From the NCBI GenBank assembly GCA_021159225.1, contig JAGGSE010000232.1, positions 23,015 to 87,014 on the forward strand: 64,000 bases of DNA, given 5' to 3'. A program made the position numbers and the translations under genes. Source of the stretch: a bacterium (lineage in GTDB: Bacteria; Patescibacteriota; Minisyncoccia; Minisyncoccales; JAGGSE01). Positions 51,479-60,191 of this stretch are shown one piece after another. The notes beneath the pieces were generated by a model. That model saw nothing but the letters and a program-made list of their open reading frames with translations. It searched no databases and had not been told where the DNA came from. Each line of letters begins with the position of its first letter. The first letter of the stretch is position 1.

Positions 51479-51922
51479 TTGGTGAAAAGAGTTTTAATAG
51501 GAGTATTATTGTTGTTTTTAATGAACAGTTCTCTTTGCCTGGCGAAGAATCGGATTACTTGGCTTAGTTTGCTAAACAACAAGCATTTCTCTGCTGGTGA
51601 AGTTGTTTCCACTCGAGTCCTCGATCTTGATAAACTACGCGCTACAGGGTACTTTTCGTTACAAGTGACGATTACTGGAGGAGGTGTTTACACTATTAAG
51701 GAGAAGTGCAGTCTCGATGAACAGTTTTTCAGAACCCCCGAAGGAGTCCCAGATATTGCGACTGAGCTTACTTCTACTTCTGGTCCGGAGAGCGACGGCC
51801 ATTTGTTTATACCAGTTGATTTGGGTGCAATGACGAAGTATTTGCAGTTTGAGGTGGTTGAAACTTCTGGGACTTCCGGAGGTACTGTAACAATTCTATT
51901 GGGGATAACTGTGGATCGATAA
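51479..51922 (+). CDS. secreted protein
   Basis: A signal-peptide-like N-terminus (KRVLIGVLLLFLMNSSLCLA) is followed by a beta-rich body. Confidence 0.45.
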   Translation: MVKRVLIGVLLLFLMNSSLCLAKNRITWLSLLNNKHFSAGEVVSTRVLDLDKLRATGYFSLQVTITGGGVYTIKEKCSLDEQFFRTPEGVPDIATELTSTSGPESDGHLFIPVDLGAMTKYLQFEVVETSGTSGGTVTILLGITVDR

Positions 51923-52399
51923 GTGATGGTCAGGAAAGTCCTTTCAATTAGTATATTGCTCTTGGCGATTTTTACAACAAGTGTTTGTGCTCAATGGGTG
52001 CGTAAACGTCAATTCGTCTCAGACTCTACAATTACTGTCGCGTGGAACGCTCCTATAGTGCTGTCTACAGGTGACCCGATTCCAACTGATGCTGTTTTAA
52101 AGTACCGGGTTTACATTCGAAGAGTTGGGTCTCCTCCGCGAGAGATTACTTCTGCTCCTATTACAGAGACTCAATTTACGTTCGCTCCTCCTAAAGTTGA
52201 CTTTTGTTTTATTGGTGTACGTGCAGTACTTTACGATTCTAACGGAGTTCAAATTAGTGAATCACCTATCGCGTGGTCGTACGACCTTAGAGTAGCAGCT
52301 AATGGTCGTACGTTCGGGATGCGTAACTATTCCTCGAAGTTGATAACTATATTGGGGCGAAGACCTCGATGGGGCCAGCTTTGGCATCATCGATGGTAA
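51923..52399 (+). CDS. secreted FN3/Ig-like protein
   Basis: The signal peptide is VRKVLSISILLLAIFTTSVCAQ. The FN3-like pattern is ITVAWNAP...LKYRVYIRR...FCFIGVRAV. Confidence 0.5.
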   Translation: MMVRKVLSISILLLAIFTTSVCAQWVRKRQFVSDSTITVAWNAPIVLSTGDPIPTDAVLKYRVYIRRVGSPPREITSAPITETQFTFAPPKVDFCFIGVRAVLYDSNGVQISESPIAWSYDLRVAANGRTFGMRNYSSKLITILGRRPRWGQLWHHRW

Positions 52400-52435
52400 A
52401 AAGCACACTAAATTCTAAAACAGGAGGTAGTTAAG

Positions 52436-52651
52436 ATGGAGATTAAACCAGGATACAAAACTACTGAGTTTTGGGTAACTGTAACAGCGAAAGCAATTGC
52501 CCTGCTTGCGGCTCTAGGTGTGTTTACACCTGAGCAAGCTTCTGTGGTAACTCAAGCGATTACTCAACTAGCCGGAGTAGTGGGAGTTGTAGCAGCTGCA
52601 TTTGGCTACTCTCTGGCAAGAGGTTCTGCTAAGAAAGGGAGTCAACAATAG
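52436..52651 (+). CDS. holin-like small membrane protein
   Basis: The 71-aa product has two TM segments (FWVTVTAKAIALLAALGVF; LAGVVGVVAAAFGY) and a charged C-terminus. AGGAGG RBS. Confidence 0.5.
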   Translation: MEIKPGYKTTEFWVTVTAKAIALLAALGVFTPEQASVVTQAITQLAGVVGVVAAAFGYSLARGSAKKGSQQ

Positions 52652-52740
52652 AATACTAACTCGCATTAGGGGGTAGAAGAGTGTTTACGAGGCTGGTGAT
52701 CGCTTTAATCTTGTGCTTTTTTCGTGTTTGTTAGTCACGC

Positions 52741-52774
52741 TCTGGGAGTAGCACGTACTAGCGCCACTCCCAGA
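52741..52774 (+). other. strong hairpin in a 256-nt non-coding gap
   Basis: The stem is tCTGGGAGT (52741-52749) / ACTCCCAGa (52766-52774), 9 bp with a 16-nt loop. There is no U-tract, so it is not a canonical terminator. Confidence 0.35.
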
Positions 52775-52907
52775 CCCGGTCCAGTAAGACCTACAGCACT
52801 TAGGGTACTTCATTAGGTGAGTCAGACCGCTTTGAATCATCGGCAGAGCTTTACACGAGGGTACAACTGTATTACAGCTATTATCTTCAATTGGGAGGTC
52901 CGAAAAA

Positions 52908-53450
52908 ATGGCCGAACTATTAGTCAAGTCTAGTGATACGACAAACCCCGATCCAATAAAAGATTTACGCGGATGCTACAAAAAGGGTGACGTTGTAGTT
53001 GTGAAGCCAGATGGATGGAAATGGGGGAAAGAAGAGTTGAACAAGAATAAGTTCTACATTCTGTGTGTGCCTGACAAAGAAGTCGATGAATTAAAGTTTT
53101 TGACAAAGGAAGATGAAATTGTGCTGGGAAATCGGTACATTGCTGAGTCTCCTGAATTAGGAGTAATGGCAGAAGGTCCTGATGCAGAGACAGCATCTAA
53201 GACTTGCCAAACCCTAGCTGATGCTGTTCTGAAGAGATTACAAGACCACGATTTATCTCCTAGTTACCAAATCGTAACAAGAATAGAACCTATCAGACAC
53301 GTTGTGGCCAGGCGCAGACATAGGATCAACATTGAAGATATTGAGGACATCCTACAAAGTGAGGTAGTTGCTGAAGTAACCAGTGACAAAATCAGCGTAA
53401 CAGACAAACCTCAGAAAATATCAGCAACCTTAGCGAAGCTGGCTAAGTAA
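52908..53450 (+). CDS. hypothetical protein
   Basis: GGGAGG RBS. The 180-aa product has no recognised motif. Confidence 0.45.
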   Translation: MAELLVKSSDTTNPDPIKDLRGCYKKGDVVVVKPDGWKWGKEELNKNKFYILCVPDKEVDELKFLTKEDEIVLGNRYIAESPELGVMAEGPDAETASKTCQTLADAVLKRLQDHDLSPSYQIVTRIEPIRHVVARRRHRINIEDIEDILQSEVVAEVTSDKISVTDKPQKISATLAKLAK

Positions 53451-53451
53451 A

Positions 53452-56103
53452 ATGGCAACTGAAGTTGTAAAGATAGTCGATACAGGAGGAAGTGGAGATT
53501 ACTCATCTCTAGCTGCTTGGGAAGCAGACTTCGGGAGCTGTACCCAGTCGAACTACCCTTCTATGTCTGGAGACGGTGACCTTGTGGGAGCGGACTTGAT
53601 CGCTGTTGCTGATTGTAGGTGTTCAACTGGGGATGAGGATGATAGTGCAGTTACTATTGATGGATGGACTTCTGTAGACTCGGATCACTACATTAGGATT
53701 TGGACCGATCCAGATCAGGGGTACAGACACCCAGGGAAATGGGATGACACAAAGTACAGGCTTGTGCTCTCCGAAGGAACTATTTTTGACATACAAGAAG
53801 AGTATGTGAGACTTATTGGCTTACAGATGAAAGGAACGAGATCGACAGGGTCTCAGTTGTTGATACATACATATTACACAAGCCGTTATCTGCGGGTCGA
53901 AAAATGTATCCTCTGTAGAGAGAATGCTGGTGGAACAGTAAATACTGGAATTAGTTGTGATAATTCTGCTGTACAAATTTATTTGGTCAATAATCTTTTT
54001 TATGACATACCTCAATATGCCATTCGTGGAAACGACTATTACTACTTATACAACAATACTATTATCAACTGTGGTACTGGTGTAGATGGTGGATCATCAG
54101 GGTATTGCAGAGCTATCAACAACATTGTTGACTGTACTACTTGTTTTGTTGGAGTTTTCGACTCTGATTCAGATTTCAACATCTCGTCAGATGATACAGC
54201 TCCAGGACCAAATTCAATCCATAATGCTACGGTCACTTTTGTAGACGCAGCTAATGGCGACTTTCACCTTGATGCTTCTGATACAGTAGCTAGAGACGCA
54301 GGTACAGACCTTTCATCTGATCCTTATTTAGCTTTCACTGACGACATCGATGGTGAAACTCGCTCTGCTCCTTGGGATATTGGAGTGGATGAATATGTGA
54401 GCGGAGGTGGAGGAGTACTTACAGCTATAGCTGATATACTATTAGCGTCTCTCACTCCGGCCACGTCGTTTAGCGTACTCAGGAGTATATCAGCTTCCCT
54501 CAGTTCTCTAAGCACTACTTCTCTTTCCCACTTAGGACTGCTCCTTACCCTTACTTCAAACATTCAACCTAGTTCCTCTACTGACGAGATTATCCTCTCT
54601 TTAACTAAACTAGCGATGGTCGGTGTAAGTAGTCAATCAACTACTGCCGATTCGGATTTAGTCATCTTACGGTCGCTGTTAAGTAACGTACTCCCAGTCT
54701 CTGACTCTAGCATCTTTCATTTAGATATACTGAGGAACGCTTTAACACAATCTCAGGTTGGTACGTTTACTCCGAGTGGTGCTCTCTCAGTACTACGCCG
54801 TGTAACTAGTTCTGAGCCAATTCAGTCGTACGCAAGCACTACTGCCCTCAGAGTTTTGAGGAATCTCACAAGCTCGCTACAAGCGCAGTCTTTTACATCA
54901 GCTCTGATTCACTTACACGTAGTTAGGGAGTTGCTGGCAAATATACCCTTGCAATCCGACGCCTCTGACGAAGTCATACTTTCGCTGGCCGAGCTGTTTA
55001 CAGCGATCGCGAACATTGTCACTGGAACAAGTACTAACACGCCACGTCTCTTGGTACTCCGGTCACTTGTAACGAGCGCTTCTGTGTTGACGGACTCCAA
55101 CAGTGTAGTACTTCGACTACTGAAAAGGGTGTTTACCTACGTTTTGAGTCACACTGTTACGTCACCTACGACATTGAACGTTCTACGGATTGCTTTAAAC
55201 TCGATCACCGCACAATCGTCAACTCCCGACGACGCCGAACTTCTCCTAGCGCAGTTGATCACAGCAGTCTCAAACATTCTTGCGCTAGTTATACCTTCAA
55301 CTACTTCTCTGGCAATAAAACGAGCTCTCGTATCACATATTCAAACGACTACTGGCACGGGCGATGTACCTCTTGAGTTATTGAGAGAAGTGCTCGTTAA
55401 TATTTTAAGTCAAGCAAGTGGTTCAACAGCTCCGCTACGAGTGCTAAGACCTGTTTCGAGTGCTACCTCAGTCCAAACACTGGCTGCTGATGACGTTGTC
55501 TTGTTGTTAGTCGAAGTGCTTATTGCTGCGGCCAACGTTGTAACTACTGTTACTACCAGTGAAGTTAGTTCGAATGTACTACGCGAGTTGTTAACACTAA
55601 CCGAAGTTAAGACTACCTCTTCAGATTCTGTTGAACTTTCTATTGCCGCGCTCATAAAAGCAGCCGCTGATGTTGTTTCACAAGTTCTTACTGGTAATGC
55701 GAAGTTCTCGATATTAAGACTGATTTCAACTGAAGTTCAAACTCAAACCGCTTCGCACGCTGTGGTACTCGAGCTGATTCGCTCTGTTACTTCTGCTATT
55801 CAGGCCGCTGTTACGTCGTCGAACAGCGTCGGGCTAATAATCGTTAAAGTTGGGCAAGTAGAGATTGTAGTCACTGCTCAGGTTGCTCAAGCAGCTCTCG
55901 CGATTCTAAAGGCACTTGCTATAGATATTACCTCTAACACCATTACTGCGGATGTGTTGCTCAGGGTACTAAGATCGACATCTTTGGGAGTAGATAGTAC
56001 GACCTTAACTGGAGCGGTTGAGTTGATCACTACCATGTTAGGTTTGATTGTAGACACAACTATAGAATCGCTTACGCCGAGGCGAACCATAGAGGAGGTT
56101 TAA
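53452..56103 (+). CDS. tailspike-like protein: right-handed beta-helix domain plus long Ser/Thr/Leu/Val repeat rod
   Basis: Beta-helix-type repeats include NNLFYDIPQYAIRGN, YNNTIINCGTGV and INNIVDCTTCF. The terminal block is GDFHLDASDTVARDAGTD...DIDGETRSAPWDIGVDEY. About 26 degenerate repeats follow. Confidence 0.6.
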   Translation: MATEVVKIVDTGGSGDYSSLAAWEADFGSCTQSNYPSMSGDGDLVGADLIAVADCRCSTGDEDDSAVTIDGWTSVDSDHYIRIWTDPDQGYRHPGKWDDTKYRLVLSEGTIFDIQEEYVRLIGLQMKGTRSTGSQLLIHTYYTSRYLRVEKCILCRENAGGTVNTGISCDNSAVQIYLVNNLFYDIPQYAIRGNDYYYLYNNTIINCGTGVDGGSSGYCRAINNIVDCTTCFVGVFDSDSDFNISSDDTAPGPNSIHNATVTFVDAANGDFHLDASDTVARDAGTDLSSDPYLAFTDDIDGETRSAPWDIGVDEYVSGGGGVLTAIADILLASLTPATSFSVLRSISASLSSLSTTSLSHLGLLLTLTSNIQPSSSTDEIILSLTKLAMVGVSSQSTTADSDLVILRSLLSNVLPVSDSSIFHLDILRNALTQSQVGTFTPSGALSVLRRVTSSEPIQSYASTTALRVLRNLTSSLQAQSFTSALIHLHVVRELLANIPLQSDASDEVILSLAELFTAIANIVTGTSTNTPRLLVLRSLVTSASVLTDSNSVVLRLLKRVFTYVLSHTVTSPTTLNVLRIALNSITAQSSTPDDAELLLAQLITAVSNILALVIPSTTSLAIKRALVSHIQTTTGTGDVPLELLREVLVNILSQASGSTAPLRVLRPVSSATSVQTLAADDVVLLLVEVLIAAANVVTTVTTSEVSSNVLRELLTLTEVKTTSSDSVELSIAALIKAAADVVSQVLTGNAKFSILRLISTEVQTQTASHAVVLELIRSVTSAIQAAVTSSNSVGLIIVKVGQVEIVVTAQVAQAALAILKALAIDITSNTITADVLLRVLRSTSLGVDSTTLTGAVELITTMLGLIVDTTIESLTPRRTIEEV
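54415..56079 (+). repeat. about 26 degenerate tandem repeats of about 21 aa (protein level) in the tailspike
   Basis: Units look like VLRSISASLSSLSTTSLSHLG, ILRSLLSNVLPVSDSSIFHLD, VLRNLTSSLQAQSFTSALIHLH and VLRELLTLTEVKTTSSDSVE. The DNA copies are diverged. Confidence 0.6.
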
Positions 56104-56105
56104 AA

Positions 56106-56912
56106 ATGGGATCACTATCAAATTATTTAGAGAATGCATTACTAGATCATGTTCTTAATCAGAATACGTACACACCACCTACTACTATTTACATAGCTTT
56201 GTCTACTGCAGATCCTCAAGATGATGGTTCTGGAGTGAGTGAACCATCTGGAGGTGGTTATGCTAGGCAACCTATTACATTTGGAGCAGCTTCTAATAGG
56301 AGAGTGGTTCAAAACACGGATGTTGAGTTTCCTCAGGCCACCGCTGATTGGGGTACTATTACTCACTGGGCTCTTTTTGATGCTAGTACAGGTGGTAATA
56401 TGTTAGCGTATGGCGAATTGGCGTCTGCTAAGACAGTTTATGAAGGCAACACTCCTTCGATAGCGTCAGGTGAAGTGTATATAGAATTCACTGCAGGGTA
56501 CATTTCCAGCTACCTTGCCAACGCATTACTTGATTTTGTATTTCGTAACCAAACCTACACACCGCCTTCTACTTACGTAGCTCTAACTACTGCTACTATT
56601 AGTGATAGTGACACAGGGTCAACTATTTCTGAACCGCCAGGAAATGGCTACTCTAGAGTGTTAGTGAATCCCAATGGAGGTAGCTCTCCTGCTTGGGGAA
56701 CAGTTTCGAATGGGGCTATTGAGAACGCGGATAACATTGATGTGGGCCCTGCTTCAGGGGGTTCTTGGGGTACTATAGTAGCCACTGCCTTGGTAGACGC
56801 TTCGAGTGCAGGTAACGTGTTGTTCTACGATAACGGAGTAACAGATCAGGAAGTCGGCGATGGAGATACTTACCGGTTCCCCGCTGGAGATTTCAACATA
56901 AGTATGGACTAA
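56106..56912 (+). CDS. tail-fibre-associated protein with internal two-fold duplication
   Basis: SNYLENALLDHVLNQNTYTPPTTIYIALSTA...VSEPSGGGYARQPI is repeated as SSYLANALLDFVFRNQTYTPPSTYVALTTA...ISEPPGNGYSRVLV. Confidence 0.5.
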   Translation: MGSLSNYLENALLDHVLNQNTYTPPTTIYIALSTADPQDDGSGVSEPSGGGYARQPITFGAASNRRVVQNTDVEFPQATADWGTITHWALFDASTGGNMLAYGELASAKTVYEGNTPSIASGEVYIEFTAGYISSYLANALLDFVFRNQTYTPPSTYVALTTATISDSDTGSTISEPPGNGYSRVLVNPNGGSSPAWGTVSNGAIENADNIDVGPASGGSWGTIVATALVDASSAGNVLFYDNGVTDQEVGDGDTYRFPAGDFNISMD

Positions 56913-56960
56913 TAGTACGCGCTTTCACATTTTTTAAATTAATTTGCGATACGAGACTTT

Positions 56961-57284
56961 TTGAAGATGATAGTCGAAGTCTTCTACTTAGGGCATGACA
57001 ATAGCATAGATTTGCTTCTGAAGTCTAATAACTCAGTTGTTGACCTTTCCCCAGTTACGAAGATGGAACTGGAGATCAAGGGGGTTACTACTCTTTCAAC
57101 TGAAGATTATCCCGGACTGATACAGTGGGCGGGTTCACTGGAAAGGGGAAGGGTTGTGATTGACCTAAATAGGTACACTGGTACGTTGCCAACGGGTAGA
57201 TTTATTGCTCGATTAATCGTTTACGACCCATCTCACCCACATGGTATTGTGTGGGGTGAGTTTGTGCTTTATATTCGTGATTAG
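56961..57284 (+). CDS. small beta-rich protein
   Basis: The 107-aa ORF has no recognised motif. The start is TTG 56961 or ATG 56967. Confidence 0.4.
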   Translation: MKMIVEVFYLGHDNSIDLLLKSNNSVVDLSPVTKMELEIKGVTTLSTEDYPGLIQWAGSLERGRVVIDLNRYTGTLPTGRFIARLIVYDPSHPHGIVWGEFVLYIRD

Positions 57285-57301
57285 GGAAGGACTTAGGAGG
57301 T

Positions 57302-57607
57302 TTGACGAAAAAAGACAACCTCTCTTTCAATCTTAATTGGTGCCTTTCTTTTCTCAGTGATTGTGCTTGCTCAACAAGTAAATTGGCACGTAGTTAATCA
57401 AGTTACAGTTACATGGGACCTACAATTCTAGCAAACGGTAATCCTGTCCCCAGGGACAATTCACTTAAGTATCGTGTTTACGTCAAGCGAGATGCCTCTG
57501 ATGTCCAAGTTCAAGAAGTGACTACAGATCTCATTTCTGAGGCACAGTATACAATTACACTATCTGAGGAAGGTTGCTACTTCGTTGGAGTACGTGCTTT
57601 AATCTAA
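57302..57607 (+). pseudogene. frameshifted, truncated paralog of the secreted FN3-like gene 51923-52399
   Basis: AGGAGG precedes TTG 57302. The signal-peptide-like segment KKTTSLSILIGAFLFSVIVLAQQ...VTVTWD is in another frame (57306-57431). GPTILANGNPVPRDNSLKYRVYVKR...CYFVGVRALI is back in the first frame. The shifts fall at an A6 run and a GGG run. Confidence 0.55.
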
Positions 57608-57630
57608 GGGATTCATCCTCAGGTGTTAAC

Positions 57631-57798
57631 ATGAGTCCGTTCACAACACCTTTGATAGTAGAACCTATAAGTACTAGACGTTGGAGATTGGTAGCGCCGT
57701 TTGAGTATCACGTAGGAAGTTATCCAAGTTCTAAGCCTAAGTGGAAACGTTTCATCAAAAGTCTTCGGAGAAAAGAGGATTTTAATTTTAGACGATGA
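57631..57798 (+). pseudogene. truncated DUF1353-like fragment
   Basis: MSPFTTPLIVEPISTRRWRLVAPFEYHVGSYP resembles the N-terminus of DUF1353-type proteins (from memory). The ORF ends after 55 aa without the expected C-terminal part. Confidence 0.3.
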
Positions 57799-57934
57799 CG
57801 GGATGGCTTATTAATTTTCTATAGTGGTCTAGGCTAACTATAGCTGACCTATTGAAAAATTGGAGGGTGTACCTACTGATGAAGAGCTGAGGGCGTAACA
57901 GTGGTAGTCTACATCTGTTAGGAAGGTGGTTCTT

Positions 57935-59065
57935 ATGTCGATAACATATGATTCAGAAAACAGTACAATTATCATTACGGATTTTACACTGGAAAGTCCT
58001 TGTACTTTTGAAGATATTTATCAAACTGACGTGTCAAATGGATGGGGAGTTGTAGAAAAGAAGGAGACTGCATATTTCATACATGCTATTATCCAGCTTG
58101 GTGATAGTGACCATGATGCTTGGCTGGTTGATAAGAATAAACAACTATTTTTCTTTGCTGATTGTGCTTTTAAAAATTCTGTTCGGACGGGGCATTTAAT
58201 TTTGGGAGAAATTGAAAATGAATAAGAAAAAACTGCAAAGAATGGATGCTATATAGAGTGTTATGGAAATTATTTTATTGATGGTAATATTCAAGAAATT
58301 GATTTGCTTGATATAAAAGTTGTTTCAAGAAATGCTGATAACTATAGTATCTTGGCAGTTGATAACTGTATCGGAAAGATTTGGAATAGTGAATTGCATC
58401 TTTTTGTATTAAGAGGGAGTGCTGCAAATTTAGATATATACAATGTGGAACTTGGTAATTTTCCCCAAGATAGCTTTGTTTCACCTTTTTTGTATTTTAG
58501 TGTTGGCTCTGGAAATATGGAAAAAATCACTGTTGTTAATTGTTCATATACAGCTATTATTTTTATGTACGCTGGATTTGCTATCAAAAATCTTGTTGGG
58601 AGAAATATCAGGAATGCTCTTGTTTTGTGCAGGTTTGCTAGAAGTGAATCTTTTGCGATTGATTGGGATGTTGATTGGAATATGGCCGTTCTTGAGGGAA
58701 CCGCATATGAAGGTCTTAATAAACTTTGGCGGCAGTATTCTTTTAACGTTAGAGTTCAAGATGAAAGAAATAATCCCATATCAAACGCATCGGTTATTTT
58801 GAAAGATAATAACGGTAATACTGTTTATTCTGAAACGTCAGATGAGTCAGGAAGGAGTCCCATTCAAGTCCTCGACTGGGGATATTATGCTCTCGACGAC
58901 AGTAGTAATTGTATTGAGTATCCATCAACTCCTCATACCCTTGTTGTTACAAAACAAGGGTACCAAAAGTATGAAACAAAGATCGAACTAACTAAAAAAC
59001 TGGCGGACTTTCCAGTAGTTCTTAAGAAAGAGAATATTAATGTTGACCAAGAGGCCTTAGTATGA
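57935..59065 (+). pseudogene. AT-rich island gene interrupted by one in-frame TAA (beta-helix-like plus carboxypeptidase-regulatory-like domain)
   Basis: ORFs 57935-58225 and 58304-59065 are in the same frame. Only TAA 58223-58225 lies between them, and the intervening codons read like protein (EKTAKNGCYIECYGNYFIDGNIQEIDLL). The C-terminal FNVRVQDERNNPISNASVILKDNNGN...VVTKQGYQKYETKIEL is CarboxypepD_reg-like. Confidence 0.45.
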
Positions 59066-59808
59066 GGTATGCCAAATCAGAGTCCACAAACATTTTAGCG
59101 TTATTTAATAGCGGAGATACTGTAACGATTAATGTGTACAGGTTGTCAGACAATACGAAGGTGGTGGATGGTGCTTCTTGCTCTGAAGTGGCAGAAACAG
59201 GGATATTTAAGTATCTTTTTAGTCAGACGATTTCGCAGAAAGAAGAATACTTGTGGGTAATGAACAATGGAGAATATAGCAAGTATGGGAAGATAGTGTT
59301 AAGCGGGTGGATGGATGATACTGCTGACGAGATTCAAAACCACCGTAATATGGTAGAACCTAAGATAGATATAACTATCAGCTCCAGGGCTTCCCAAGAG
59401 TCTGTTGATGCCATTCCTACAGCAGATGAGATTGCCGATGTTGTATGGGATGAGACAACCTCTGATCATACTACTTCTGGATCATTTGGTGAGGAAGTTC
59501 AAAGTCACGCAACCAAAACTGAGTTGGATCAAGCTGAAGCGAACATAAGAGGTGTTGACAGCGACTCTCTCAAAACCCTTTCTGACCAGATAGACTCAGT
59601 AAAAGAGCAAACGGATAAGATTCCCACTATTCAGTTAGATGTGTCTTTTATTAAGGACATTGAAGGTGGTCGTTGGGTGCTTGACGGACATCAAATGGTG
59701 TTTTATAAAGAAGATAACACTACGGAAGTTGCTCGATTTGATCTCTACAATAAAGACGGGGCATTGATTAGTGAAGAAGATGACGCCTATGAAAGGCGTC
59801 GAGTTTAA
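59062..59808 (+). CDS. hypothetical structural/accessory protein
   Basis: ATGA coupling. The 248-aa product has no recognised motif. Confidence 0.45.
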   Translation: MRYAKSESTNILALFNSGDTVTINVYRLSDNTKVVDGASCSEVAETGIFKYLFSQTISQKEEYLWVMNNGEYSKYGKIVLSGWMDDTADEIQNHRNMVEPKIDITISSRASQESVDAIPTADEIADVVWDETTSDHTTSGSFGEEVQSHATKTELDQAEANIRGVDSDSLKTLSDQIDSVKEQTDKIPTIQLDVSFIKDIEGGRWVLDGHQMVFYKEDNTTEVARFDLYNKDGALISEEDDAYERRRV

Positions 59809-59830
59809 AAAAAGAGAAGGAGGGATTAGG

Positions 59831-60169
59831 ATGATTAGGATGTCGAAAGTATTGACAGGAATTTTTCTTCTGGCTTTTTGTATTTTCATGGCAGGGAGTG
59901 CATTTGCCGCTCCTTATCTAGTTTGCGACCCCCAAACTAACGTAACCTCTTACATAGTTACCCTAGATGGAACTGAGACCGAAGTACCTGCTCAAGATTT
60001 GGGTAATGGTACTGTACGTCTCCATTTCGATCTAGCTAGTGTAACAGAAGGGGAGCATCATGTTGAAGTAAGAGCGAAGAACATTTGGGGGGTGAGTGAT
60101 CCGGTCCCTTTCGACTTTACAAAAACACTACCCGCTCTTCCTTCGGGCTTCTCTATATCGACAGAATGA
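59831..60169 (+). CDS. secreted Ig/FN3-like protein
   Basis: GAAGGAGGG lies 5 nt before ATG 59831. The signal peptide is MIRMSKVLTGIFLLAFCIFMAGSAFA, and the body is beta-rich. Confidence 0.55.
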   Translation: MIRMSKVLTGIFLLAFCIFMAGSAFAAPYLVCDPQTNVTSYIVTLDGTETEVPAQDLGNGTVRLHFDLASVTEGEHHVEVRAKNIWGVSDPVPFDFTKTLPALPSGFSISTE

Positions 60170-60191
60170 TCTACTACTTGGAGGTTGAGCC

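Noticed and set aside
52685-52927. 80-aa - strand ORF in the gap after the holin
   Set aside because: It has no RBS, a Cys/Ser-rich odd composition, and it overlaps the start of 52908-53450. The region is treated as non-coding or regulatory.
54415-56079. Periodic sequence considered as a CRISPR array or DNA tandem repeat
   Set aside because: The periodicity exists only at the protein level inside a continuous ORF. The DNA units are diverged and there are no identical direct repeats with unique spacers.
58223-58225. In-frame TAA considered as evidence of genome-wide stop-codon reassignment
   Set aside because: TAA terminates many well-supported genes in the window (for example the KH gene at 2033-2035 and the genes ending at 9220 and 38336). 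A global recoding is therefore not supported, and a local nonsense mutation or read-through is more likely.
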